DNA of 64,000 bases from the human T2T-CHM13v2.0 reference genome, Homo sapiens (GCF_009914755.1 NC_060932.1); one strand, 5' to 3'; shown: positions 45,316 through 59,107, numbered from the stretch's first letter. Numbers and translations: made by a program. Notes: generated from the sequence alone by a model not told the origin.

Positions 45316-48300
45316 GACAAAAGGTAGACACTCAGGGCCAAGATGGCTGGCTAGAACCAGCTACAGAGAGGCTCTCATGGAGAGGCTTTCATGGAGAGGA
45401 ACGAAAGGGGTGAGTAAATACGGCACCTTCAATGGAAATATCCAGGTACTTGGATTGGGATTAATCAGGGAAACAGCTCAACCCATGTAGAACTGAGAAA
45501 AGCAGGGCAGGGCAATAGCTCATCTGGGAGTGACACAGAGCCAAGGGAACCTCCCATTGCCTAGGGAAGTGGTAAGGGGATGTGCAACCCTGGTAAACCA
45601 TGCTTCTTCCATGGATCTTTGCAACCCTCAGGACAGGAGATCCCCTCATGAGCCCATTCCACCAGGGCCTTTGGTCTGACACACACAGCTACATGGAGCA
45701 GCTGCTCAGGCATGCACAGAGACCCAGGAGCTTTACATACTCTGGCTCTGGGCTCCCCAGCAAAGGGGACTGAAACTTAGGCAAGGCAGGAGGTTGGACC
45801 TCCATACCAACACCTAAGAAGGGGGCTGAATCCAAGGGCCAACAAGTGATGGTCTGTGGGCTCCACTTCCATGATGTCTCATAGGATAAGACTCACTGGC
45901 TTGGAATTTTAGCCAGCCACTGGCAACAGTGTTGTGGCTAGCTGGGACAGGACAGAGTTCCCTGGGCGAGGGGCAGGTCACCATCTTTGCTGTTTGGATG
46001 ATCCAGCCATTCCAGCCTGTGGGTTTTGGAGATTCCAAACCACCTGGGGGCAGAAGGGATCCCCCAGCACAGCACAGCACAGCACAGCACAGCTGCTCTA
46101 CCAAAATGTGGGCAGACTGCTACTTTAAGCAGGTCCCCAGTCTGTCCCCACTCACTGGGTGGAACTGTCTCCCAACTGGGGCCTCCAGCCACCCCTGCCC
46201 CTGTTCTTCAGCCCAACAGATATTTGATTTCCTCCTGGAATGGAGTTCCCAGAGGAAGGAGTGAGCTGCCATCTTTGCTGTTTGGGCAACTTAGACATTC
46301 TAGCCTGCAGCCTTTGGAGAGCCCAAGCCAACCGGGGACAGAAGTGGAACCTCAGCATAGCACAGTTGCTCTATGAAAGCATGGCTAGTTCTGCTTCTCT
46401 AAGCAAGTCCCCAATCCCATTCTTCCTGAATGGGTGAGACCTCCCAACCAGGGTCTCCAGCCACCTCCTGCAGGTGTGTTCAGGCTGGCAACAGGTCCAT
46501 ACCCCCTGGGATGGAGCTCCCAGAGGAAGGAGAAGGCTGCCATCTTTGCCGTTTTGCAGCCTTCACCGGTGATACCTCCAGGTACTGGAAAATCTGAGGT
46601 GACTGGCGACTGGAGTGAACCCCCAGCAAACTGCACCAGCCCTATAGAAAAGTGGCTAGACTGTTAAAAGAAAAAAAGCCCCATCTGAAGGTCAACAACC
46701 TCAAAGATTTAAGGTAGATAAGCCCACAAAGGTGAGAAAGAATCAGTGCAAGAATGCTAAAAACTCAAAAAGCCAGAATGCCCTCTCTCCTCCAGATGAC
46801 TGCATCACCTCTCCAGCAAGGGTTCAGAACAGGGCTGAGGCTGAGATGGCTGAAATGACAAAAATAGAATTCAGAATATGAATAAATATGAACTTTATTG
46901 AGCTAAAGGAGCATGCTGTAACCCAATGCAAGGAAGCTAAAAAACGTGATAAAACAGTGCAGGAGCTGATACACAAAATAGCCAGTATAGAGAAGAATGT
47001 AACTCACCTGATAGGGCTGAAAAACACCTTACAAGAATTTCATAATGCAATTGCAAGTATTAATAGAAAAACAGACCAAGTAGAGGAAAGAATCTCAGAG
47101 CTTGAAGACTGTCTTTCTGAAATAAGACAGGCAACAAGAATAGAGAAAAAAGAATGAAAAGGAATGAACAAAACCTCCAAGAAATATGGGACTATGTAAA
47201 AAGACCAAATCTACAACTGATTGGTGTACCTGAAAGAGATGAGGAGAACGGAACCAATTTCGAAAACGTATTTCAGGATATTATCCATGAGGATTCCCCA
47301 ACCTAGCTAGACAGGCCGACATTGAAATTCAGGAAATCCAGAGAACCCCAGTAAGATACTCCATTAGGAGATTATCCCTGAGACACATAATTATCAGATT
47401 CCTCAAGGTCAAAATGAAAGAAAAACTGTTAAGGGCAGCCAGAGAGAAAGGCCAGGTCACCTACAAAGGGAAGCCCATCAGACTAACAGTGGACCTCTCA
47501 GCAGAAACCCTGCAAGCTAGAAGAGATTGGGGCCCAATATTCAACATTCCTAAAGAAAAGAAATTCCAACACAGAATTTCATAGCCACCAAAACCAAGCT
47601 TCATGAGCAAAGGAGAAATAAGGTCCTTTTTAGACAAGCAAGTGCTGAGGGTATTCTTTATCATCAGACCTGCCTTACAAGAGCTCCTGCAGGAAGCACT
47701 AAATATGGAAAGGAAAAACTGTTACCAGCCACTACAAAACCACACTGAAGTACATAGACCAGTGACACTATAAAGCAACCACATAACCAAGTCTGCAAAA
47801 TAACCGGCTAGCATCATGACGACAGGATCAAATCCACACATAACAATACTACTAACCTTAAATGTGAATGGGCTAAATGCCTTCAATTAAAAGACACAGA
47901 ATGGCAAGCCGGATAAAGAACCAAGACCCATTGGCATGCTGTCTTCAAGAAACCCATCTCACATGCAATGACACACATAGTTTCAAAATAAAAGAATGGA
48001 AGAAAATTTACCAAGCAAATGGAAAACAGAAAAAAGCAGGAGTTGCAATCCTAGTTGACAAAAGCAGACTTTAACAGAAAAAAAGCAGGGGTTGTACTCC
48101 TAGTCTGACAAAACAGACATTAAACCAACAAAGATCAAAAAAGACAAAAAAGGGCATTATATATAATGGTAAAGGGTTCAATTCAACAAAAAAGAGCAAA
48201 CCATCCTAGATATATATGTACCCAACACAGGAGCACACAGATTAATAAAGCAAGTTCTTATAAACATTCAAAGAGACTTAGACTCCCACACAATAATAGT

Positions 48301-48644
48301 GGGAGACTTTAACATCCCACTGACAATATTAGACAGATCACTGAGACAGAAAATTAACAAAGAAATTCAAGACCTGAACTCAGCTTTGGATCAAACGGAC
48401 CTGATAGATATCCATACAATTCTCCACCCTAAAACAACAGAATTTACATTCTTCTCATCACTACATGACCCTTCTTTAAAATCAATCACATAATCGGAAG
48501 TAAAACACTCCTCAGCAAATGCAAAAGAACTGAAATCATAACAGTCTCTTAGACCACAGCACAATCAAATTAGAACTCAAGACTAAGGAATTCACTGAAA
48601 ACCATACAGTTACATGGAAATTGAATAACCCACTCCTGATTGAC

Positions 48645-49022
48645 TGATATGGTTTGGCTGTGTCACCACCCAAATCTCATCTTTAATTGTAGTTCCCATA
48701 ATCCCTACATGACATGGGAGGGACCCGGTGGGAGATAATTGAATCATGGGGGCAGTTACTCCCCTGCTGTTGTTCTTGTGATAGTAAGTGAGTTCACCAT
48801 GAGATCTGATAGTTTCATAAGGTGCTTTCCCCCCTTTTGCTTGGCACTTCTCCTTGCTGCCACCATATGAAGGATATGTTTGCTTCCCCTTCCACCATGA
48901 TTGTAAGTTTCCTGAGGACTCCCCAGCCATATTGAACTGAGTCAATTAAACCTCTTTTCTTTATAAATTACTCAGTCTTGGGTGGGTATTTCCATATAGC
49001 AATGTGAGAACAGACTAATAAG
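48645..49022 (+). mobile_element. THE1 solo LTR inside L1 ORF2
   Basis: tgatatggtttggctgtgtc...ccttccaccatgattgtaagtttcctgagg...cagactaata; TSD ttgac/atgac. Confidence 0.93.
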
Positions 49023-49027
49023 ATGAC

Positions 49028-49321
49028 ATTTTCTTTTTTGAGACAGAGTCTTGCCCTGTTGGTGAGACTAGAGTGCAGCGGTGTGATCTCAGCTCACTGT
49101 AACCTCTGCCTCCTGGGTTAAAGTGATTCTTGTGCCTCAGCTTCCCAAGTAGCTGGGACTACAGGCACGTGCCACCACACCCAGCTAATTTTTGTATTTT
49201 TAGTAAAGACAGGGTTTCACCATGTTTGCCAGGCTGGTCTTGAACTCCTGACCTCAAGTGATCCACCTGCCTCAGCCTCACAAAGTGCTGGGATTATAGA
49301 CACAAACCACTGCACCCAGCC
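49028..49321 (-). mobile_element. AluS at the THE1/L1 junction
   Basis: Antisense dimer immediately after the LTR. Confidence 0.93.
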
Positions 49322-49605
49322 TACACGATTACTTTTGAGTAAATAATGAAATTAAGGCAGAAATCAAGAAGTTCTTTGAAACTAATGAGAGCAAAGATAC
49401 AACAGACTAGAATCTCTGGGACACAGCTAATGCAGTGTTAAGAGGGAAATTTATAACACGAAATGCCCACATCAAAAAGTTAGAAAGATCTCAAGTTAAC
49501 AACCTAACATCACAACTAAAAGAACTAGAGAACCAACAACAAACAAATCCCAAAGCTAGCAGAAGACAAGAAATAAGTAAAATCAGAGCTGAACTGAAGG
49601 AGATA

Positions 49606-49614
49606 GACACACAT

Positions 49615-49662
<48 letters not shown>
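49606..49662. repeat. (CA)n microsatellite in L1 ORF2
   Basis: Read directly from the sequence. Confidence 0.95.
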
Positions 49663-49663
<1 letters not shown>

Positions 49664-51361
49664 TCATTAAAAAGATCAACAAATCCAGGAGTGATTTTTG
49701 AAAAAAAATAATAAAATAGACCACTAGCTAGAATAATAAAAAAAGAAAAGAGAGAAGATTCAAATAAACAATCAGAAATAAGGGGAATATTACCACTGAC
49801 CCCACAGAAATACAAACAACCATCAGAGAATATTATGAACACCTCTATGCATGTAAACCAGAAAATCTAGAAGAAATGGATAAATTCCTACGCACACACA
49901 CCCTCCCAAGACTGAACCAGGAAGAAATGTAATCGCTGAGCAGACCAGTAACAACTTCTGAAATTGAAGCAGTAATAAATAGCTCACCAACAAATAAAAG
50001 TCCAGGACCGGATGGATTCACAGCTGAATTGTACCAGATATACAAAGAAAAGCTGGTACCATTCCTACTGAAATGATTCCAAAAAATTGAGGAGGAGGGA
50101 TACCTCCCTAACTCATTCCATAAGGCCAGCATCATCCTGATACCAAAACCTGGCAGAGATACAACAACAACAAAAACTTCAGGCCAACATCCTTGATGAA
50201 CATTGATGCAAAAGTCCTCAACAAAACACTGGCAAACCAAATCCACCAGCACATCAAAAAGCTTATCTACCACGATCAAGTAGGCTTCACCCCTGGGATG
50301 CAAAGTTTGTTTGAAATACACAAATTAATACATGTGATTCATCACAGAAACAGAACTACAAAAGCCACATGATTATCTCAATAGATGAAGAAAAGGTTTT
50401 CAATAAAATTCAACATCCCTTCATGTTAAAAACTCTCAATAAACTAGGTATTGAAGGAACATACCTCATAATAATAAAAGCAATATATGACAAACCCACA
50501 GCCAATATCATACTGAATGGGCAAAAGCTGGAAGCATCCCCCTTGAAAACTGGCACAAGACAAGGATGCCCTCTGTCACCACTCCTATTCAGCATAGTAT
50601 TGAAAGTTCTGGATAGAGCAATCGGGCTAAAGAAAGAAATAAAGGCATTCAAATAGGAAGAGAGGAAGTCAAACTATCCCTCTTTGCAGATGACATGATC
50701 CTATTATCTAGAAAACCCCCTCATTTCAGCCCAAAAGCTTTCTAAGCAGATAAGCAACTTTAGTAAAGTGTCAGGATACAAAATCAATGTGCAAAAATCA
50801 CTAATGTTCCTATATACCAACAGTCAAGCCAAGAGCCAAATCACAAACCAATTCTCATTCACAATTGCCACAAAAATAATAAAATACCTGTATTGTAACA
50901 GTACAAGGGTGGTGAAAGATCTCTGCAAGGAGAACTACAAACCACTGCTCAAATGTATCAGAGATAACACAAATAAATGGAAAAACATTCCATGCTCATG
51001 GATAGAAAGAATCAATATTGCTAAAGTGGCCATACTGCCCAAAGCAATTTATAGATTCAATGCTATTCCCATTATACCACGGACATTCTTCATGGAATTA
51101 GAGAAAACTATTTTAAAATTTATATGGAACCAAAAAAGAGCCCAAATAGCCAAGGCAATCTTAAGCGAAAAGAACAAAGCTAGAGGCATCATGCTACCTG
51201 ACTTCAAACTATACTATAGGGCTACAGTAACCAAAACAGCATGGTACTCGTATAAGAGCAGACACATAGACCAATGAAACAGAATAGAGAACCCAGAAAT
51301 AAGATCACACACCTACAACTATCTGATCTTCAACAAACCTGACAAAAACCATCCTTATTGA

Positions 51362-51553
<192 letters not shown>

Positions 51554-51556
51554 TAA

Positions 51557-51649
<93 letters not shown>

Positions 51650-53714
51650 TAAACTATCAACAGAGTGAATAGACAACCTACAGAATGGGAGAAAATTTTT
51701 GCAATCTATTCATCTGAGAGACTCTACAAGGAACTTAAATCCAGTTATATACTCTACAAGGAACTTATATTCAGACTCTACAGGAAACTTAATCTACATC
51801 TGACAGATTATTAGACCTATTTAGACAGAATAGATCTATTCAATCTATTCATCTGACAGACTCTACAAGGAACTTAAATCCAGTTATATACTCTACAAGG
51901 AACTTATATTCAGACTCTACAAGGAACTTACATTTAGAAGAAACAAACAACCCCATTAAAAAATGAACAAAGGACATGAACAGACACTTCTGAAAAGAAG
52001 ACATTCATGCGGCCAACAAACATATGAGAAAGAGCTCAACATCATTGATTATTACAGAAATGCAAATCAAAACCACAATGAGATCTCACATCAGTCAGAA
52101 CGGCTATTATTAAAAAGTCAAAAACTAACAGATGCTGGCAAGGTTGTGGAGAAAAAGGAATGTGTATACACTGTTTGTGGGAGTGTAAATTAGTTCAACC
52201 ATTCTAGAAGACAGTTTGGTGATTCCTCAAAGACCTAAAGACAGAAATACCATTCAACCCAGCAATCCCATTACTGGGTATAACCCAAAGGAATATAAAT
52301 CATTCTATTGTAAAGACACATGTATGCGTGTGTTCATTGCAGCACAATTCACAATAGCAAAGACATCGAATCAACCTAAATGTCCATCAATAATAGACTG
52401 GATAAAGAAAATGTACATATATGCCATGGAATACTATGCAGCCATTAAAAAGAAGGAGATCCTGTCCTTTGCAGGGACATGGATGGAGCTGGAGGCCATT
52501 ATCCTTAGCAAACTAATGCAGGAACAGAAAACCAAATATGGCATGTTCTCACTTACAATTGGGAGCTAAATGATGAGAATCACATGGACACATGAAGAAG
52601 AAAACATACACTGGGGCCTATCAGAGGGTGGAAGGTGGGAGGAGGGAGAGGATCAGGAAAAACAACTAAAGGATACTAGGCTTCATACCTGGGTGATGAA
52701 ATAATCTGTACAACAATCCCCCATGACACACGTTTACCTATGTAACAAACATGCACATTCTGCACATGTACCCATGAACTTAAAAGTTTTTTTAAACAAG
52801 ATAATAGGTAAAAACCAAACACAAAGTAGTTTTTCTTTCCAATTCTCATATCATAAAGCAGAAAGCCCTTTCTCCTTTATGAAACAGAAAAGTACTCATA
52901 GTCAGTAAAGAATGTTCACAGCAAATTTGAAATGCCCACAAGGCACAAGAGTGCCTTTTATTTCCAGGAGGTTTTGTATGAGTAAAGGCTGGAAAAAGCC
53001 ATAAATCCAGCTCTTTGTTGACCAAGTACCCTGCAACGTTGTATCTCTGAATCCAGAGACAGAGAACTCATGTGTCCTAAAAGGCACTGATTCTCAGAAA
53101 AGATGGAGTCAGGAAGGATTGTTTCTTCTGCATCTGAGATGAAAATAGAGCTAGAACAGGCAAGGTTAACTGATGGTTGAATTTCAGGGAGATATCAAAT
53201 TGTATCTTTTTCTTGATACCTTATTCTAAATTGAGCTACTTTCTTATAAATGTCTGTAATTTGCAATTAGTAATTATCCAATTGTAATTGCTGATCTCTA
53301 TGAGCTATGAACAAGTGCCCTGGAAGGCCTGCCCTCCTTATCTTCATCACTTCTCCATTTAGTTCTCCCCACTGCACTCTTGCTTCCTCTACCACCCATT
53401 CCACTGACGTTGCCCTCACTGCAGCCACAGCAATTAGGCCAATGGCTCTAAAAGGGTGGTCTGTGCACCCAAAACGGGGTGGGAATGAGAGGCGAGAGCC
53501 AGATCCTTTCAGAGTCTGCACACAGAAAAAGTGTCTTAGAGGAACTCAAGACTATGCATGCCAAAGAAAAAATTTTGAATGACTTTAAACATTTTAGATT
53601 AATATCTTCTAAGAGTTTTAAAAAAATCACATCTGAGAAATAGAAGCAAAATGATATAAAATAACAACAAAAAGAAACATCCAAAAAGCAAAAATGTGCC
53701 TTTTGAAATTAAAT

Positions 53715-53830
53715 AAATATGAAGTTATTTAGCTTGATTTAGCCATTCCACAATGCATACATATATCAAAACCATCATGTTGTATACCATAAATATATAT
53801 AATTTTTATTTCCCAAGTTAAAAATAAAAA
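53715..53830 (+). mobile_element. L1MA 3'-end fragment
   Basis: agcttgatttagccattccacaatg...catcatgttgtataccataaatatata. Confidence 0.8.
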
Positions 53831-54404
53831 AGTTTGAATTTAAAAGTTTAAAACATGTGAAATTAAAAACTGTGTAGAAAGTTTAGACGTTAAAGCTATA
53901 AAAATCTCCCAGAATAATACAAAAATTAAAAAAGATGGAAAAGGCAGGGAGTGGGGAGAGAAGACAATTAAGGATCAATCCAGGAGGTACAATATGTGAA
54001 AATTTAAGTTCTAGAATAAAAGAACTTCAGAAGAAAGGAAAGAAAATAATCAAAGAAAGAGTTCAACAAAATTTATCTGAGTTTCTGGTTGAGAAAGGCC
54101 TCTAAGTGCCAGCACAATGAATGAAAATAAATCCACAAGAAAACATATCACAGTTAAATTTTAGACTGAGGACAAAGATTTTACAAATGGCAATGTGGAG
54201 AAACAGTTCTTGTAATAATGATTACAGATCAGAATGACTTCAAACTTCTCAATAGGAACAAGGCAAGCAACCCAAAACAATAAATGGAGTGATGACCTCT
54301 AAATTCCAAAAGAAAATTATTTCTCACCTAGAACTGCATACCTTGTCAAAATAACAAGAAAATATTAAATAGAATAAAGCTTTCCTTAAAAAAAAAAACA
54401 CATG

Positions 54405-54980
54405 TATTATGAACTGAATGTCTGTGTCTACCCAAAATTCATATGTTGAAGTCCTAACACCCCTAGTGTGGCTATATTTGGAGACAAGGCCTCTAAGGAA
54501 CAGTTAACTTTAAATGAAGTTAGATTTGTGTTCTTATAAGAAGAGATTCAGCTGGGCATAATTTGGCATACCGGTAGTCCCAGCTACCCAGGGAGGCTGA
54601 AGCTGGAGGATCACTTGAGCCCAGGAGTTCGACGCTGCAGTGAGCTGTGATTGCTCCACTGCACTCCAGCCTAGGTGATAAAGCAAGACCCTGTCTTAAA
54701 AAAAAAAAGTGGGGCAGTAGAGAAATTCTTTCTTTCTTCTCTCTGTCTCTATCTCTGTCTTTCTTCTGTCCCTCTCTTCCTCCCCAGGCACATGTTCCAA
54801 AGAAATGCCTTGTGAGGACACAGCAAGAAGGCTACTGTCTACTGTCTAGAAGCCAGGAAGACAGTTTCCACCAGGAACTGAATCAGCTGCCACCATAATA
54901 TGGAACATTTAGCTTCCAGCACTGTGAGAAAATACATTTGTGTTGTTAAGCCACTCGGTCTACAGTACTTTGCTGTGGCA
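54405..54980 (+). mobile_element. MLT1 LTR containing an Alu right monomer (54550-54708)
   Basis: gaactgaatgtctgtgtc...caaaattcatatgttgaagtcctaac...tgtgaggacacagcaagaaggc...actgtgagaaaataca. Confidence 0.85.
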
Positions 54981-55544
54981 GCCCAAAGCCAAAGCAAACT
55001 CACGCTCTACTAAAATTCACCTCCCACTTACTCTTTCTCAAGAAGCTAATAGAAAGTATTCTGGAGCAAAGCAAGAGAACAAAATGAAAAAGAGGAGATG
55101 GAAAACAGGAGGCTCAACATTGAGAGGCAATGGGTATCCGGGGAAAGGTAGATCTGAGATGGCCGCTGTGCACCAGTCACAGAGGGCACCAGCCCAGAAG
55201 GAGCAGGTCTGGCTCCAGGAGAAACTTCTTTAAGAAGTTGGACTTGAGAGAATGAACATCTCGAGAGGCAATTAAACAATGGAGATTCTGGGATTGAATT
55301 CCTAAATCTATGGAAAAAAAAGAAACAAATCCATCCAATGAAGAAAAAACACTTGTTAACCAGAGAAAACAATAAATTGTGTAGAAAATTAATCATGGTC
55401 TTCTTAAATGGCTCTACTATGAATAGCATACACGTTCATTAATTATAGTGCAATATTACCATTTTGAGAAAGTTAGACATGGGGAAATAGAAAATTTATC
55501 TGGGTGGGGTGCAGTAAAGAGCATTAAATCTTCATTTTCCATAG

Positions 55545-55880
<336 letters not shown>

Positions 55881-56485
55881 TTAAAACTGAAGGAAGAATC
55901 AAAATGTAGCTCTGTGATCATGTTATTTAGAGTCATGGAGGCAAACAGAAAAAGTCAACTGAGAGAGGAGAGTGGCTCCATTTGGGGAAGGGGAAAATAG
56001 GGAAGGGAGATTGGAGACTTTTTCTCAGGAGACCTTGTTGAACTAGTTGACTTTTAAACTACAAGTATGTATAACTTTGAAAAAAATAAAAGCTTACAAT
56101 ATGTACTTTCAAAACCAAATGTCCAAGCCTTTCAATCCTCCATTACAAGTTAATTTCATAATGCCCTATTTTCTGCAGGGATTCAAACGCCAGCCATTCC
56201 CCCTGAGTCATTTTATGGCCTTTCATAATCTTTGTTTGGTTCCAGGGTTGCGCCTAGTAAAAGATAGCACATTGTAAAATGAAGATAAGGACAAGGACAA
56301 AGTATAGTCCAAAATTTTTTTCCTTACTATATTTGAAATGTCCAAATTGACTTAAAATAGAAATTATAGAAAAAGAGGTAGGAATAAATCTAAGGGTGCC
56401 AGTAGTCATAATAAATTTGAATAGGTTACTAATTTTACAAAGCAAAGGCAGAGATTCTCAGCTTGAGTTCAAACCAAACCAAACA

Positions 56486-56715
56486 GGCTGGGCATGGCGG
56501 CTCATGCCTGTAATCCCAGCACTTTGGGAGGCTGAGGCGGGAAGATCACCTGAGGTCAGGAGTTCAAGACCAGCCTGGCCAACATGGGGAAACCCCTTCT
56601 CCACAAAAATACAAAAATTAGCTGGGCATGATGGCGGGTGCCTGTAATCCCAGCTACTCAGGAGGCTGAGGCAGGAGAACCGCTTGAACCCTGGAAGCGG
56701 AGATTGCAGTGAGCT
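56486..56715 (+). mobile_element. 3'-truncated AluS
   Basis: Right arm stops at gcagtgagct; caaaccaaaca on both flanks; (CA)n at ~56765-56810. Confidence 0.9.
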
Positions 56716-57059
56716 AAGGAAAAACAAAACACCAAACCAAACAATCAAACAACTATAATAGCACCACACCATACACACACAAACACACACACACACACAC
56801 ACACACACGACATTCACACTAAAGTTTACTCTGCTGGGGTTACCGTTATTCCACCTCCAACCCCATCACCCTGCGGCCCACTCTGGAGCAACTTCCTCTC
56901 CTCCCTCAAGTTTAGTTTGGGATAGCTTCCTCTGTGAAGCTGTTCCTGAGCTGCCTGTCTGAGTTAGTAGCCTTCCTCTGTGTTCCCATAACCCTCTGTG
57001 TTTATGTCCATATTCACACCGACTGCTTTGACCACAGTCCCCTCTTCTAGGGGTCTGTC

Positions 57060-57975
57060 CAAGAATTCCCTTCAGGGAAGTCACCCTGTGTGCCTCTCAT
57101 AACTTGCAATGGGGGATGCCCAGCCCCGTGGCCACAGCAGACAGGACCATGCATTCATCAGAAGCCAAGGAGATTTGATCTATTGGTAGCCTCTCAGTGG
57201 GCAGAAATAAAAACTTTGCCTAAAAGACATGAGTTGATTATATTAGACTATAGTATCCTCTCATTTGGAGCATCAGATTGGATACTTGGTATCAGGGGGA
57301 AAAGCTGAAATACATAAGAGAGAAGACAGTATTCAGATCTCCCAAGGCAGTCAGGGGAAGCCACGAGTGAGCAGCCAGGATGAGTAAGTCAGAGCCATGC
57401 CATAGAGAAGTTACTCTGGTAGAGTGAGATTAGGAAGCAGAAGTGGGAAAAGCAGAGAGGAGCTGAGTCACAACAACAGGTGTGGCTGAGTGAAGAGTAG
57501 TTATTACAACTGCCCAGGCCAGGCTCTCACACCTGTAATCCCAACACTTTGGGAGGCTGAGGCGGGCGGATTACCTGAGGCCAAGAGTTCGAGACCAGCC
57601 TGGCCAACATGGGGAAACCCTGTCTCTACTAAAAATACAAAAATTAACCATGTGTGGTGGTGCACGGCTGTAATCCCAGTTACCCAGGAGGCTGAGGCAG
57701 GAGAATTAATTGAATCTGGGAGGTTGAGGTTGCAGTGAGCCGATATAGTGTCACTGCACTCCAGCCTGCTAGACACAGCAAGACTCTGTCTCAAAAAAAT
57801 AAAATAAAATGAAACTGCCTGGGACCCTATACCTCTTTTCCACTTTGACATGGTATTTCAACTTCCCCAGAGACCTGTCAAGAAAACTGATCCTGGTTCC
57901 ATGTGATTCCTGTTGCCCTTATATGAGCTATTTGAGTGGCATTCTGCTCCTTGCTACCCAGGAAAAGCTAAATAC
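57060..57975 (+). mobile_element. Old ERVL-type LTR (LTR33/LTR16-like) with inserted AluS (57517-57810), within an L2
   Basis: LTR-like 3' end gagctatttgagtggcattctgctccttgctaccca; L2 segments on both sides (56870-57060, 58010-58150). Confidence 0.55.
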
Positions 57976-58229
57976 ACCACCTCTCCTATCATTTAACAAT
58001 CTGCATTTCATTCTCTGCTTGTGCCTCCCCTTCTAGACAGAAAGCTCCCTGAGGGCACTTTTTTCTGTTATCATTCTGTATGCCTAGTACCAGGCACAGT
58101 GCCTGGATCACAGAGGTGGGGTTTACTTGCTATTTGAGTGAGTAAAAGGATGCATGGTTAGTCAAAAGTCTTACAAGCCCATGTCCATGTTGTGGGTCTC
58201 ACACAGAAACTTTCCAAAGAGCACAAATT

Positions 58230-58800
58230 GACTTCTGTTAACTCTTCAGGACCAAATGCTAACAGATAAGGGAAAAACACTTCCTGGTGTTTGTGGCCCC
58301 CAAATTACCGGCTAAATACGCAGAAGGTTTAGGAAGCTGATATCTGTGCAGAGATCTAAATCTCCCTGCTCAGCTGTGCACCTCTGCACATAATTAAGAG
58401 TTAAAGAAGTGTTGTGTGGGTTTTTATAGAAATCAAAAGTACATGCAATTCTTCTGAAGGCTTGCTGATTACTCTTAGCGCATTGTGTTTTAATTTTGAT
58501 CTCTGGAAAATATCAGGAACAAGGAAAGAACTTCCCACCCCCACCCCACCAACCCCTGGCTCCATAGGAAAAACAGTATTGAAATAATACAAACATCTTG
58601 GATTGACCCTCTTTTAAAAGTAAGAAACTCGCCTCACCCTCCCAACAGGCCCAATGTCTGCACACTTTGTCCGCCAAAGAGTGGGATTTGGCAGCACTCC
58701 TTGTAAACTTCAACCACAGGAGGCCTCTGATTGAATTGAAATTGTTTCCTCCGGTCAGATTTTGTTGATGGTACACCCCCTCAGGATGTGAATTCATCAT
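58230..58800. promoter_or_regulatory. Candidate haematopoietic enhancer (GATA/ETS/RUNX/E-box cluster)
   Basis: AGATAAG 58264, CACTTCCTGG 58278, CAGCTG 58371, AACCACA 58712, in unique sequence. Motif evidence only. Confidence 0.4.
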
Positions 58801-59107
58801 GTTTGCTGTGGGGTGAGACTAGAGTGGTGGTTGGGGCATGTGAGGGTGAATGTGTGTTTGTGTGTGAGCAAGCAACTTGAGCGCCTGTGTGTACACACGT
58901 GTACACACATTCATTTATTGCCTAGCGTCACTAATCAGGACAGGGACACAACCCAAAAGAATTCTGGAAGGTTATATTCATTCTTGTTCATCCTTGATTT
59001 TTTTTTTTTTTGCCTTATTATTTTACTTTTTTTGAGGCAAATACGTATAGCACATTCTGCTTTAGGAAATTGGATGTTTACGTTTACATTTAGTGGAAAT
59101 ATGGATT

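Noticed and set aside
50369-51277. Reverse-transcriptase-like ORFs, including the longest ORF (169 aa), as a novel RT system
   Set aside because: They are fragments of ORF2 from a degenerate L1PA with many stops and frameshifts.
51702-51930. Repeat-spacer pattern resembling a CRISPR array
   Set aside because: Units are ~17 bp of L1 sequence, spacers are short and themselves duplicated, there are no cas genes, and the DNA is primate.
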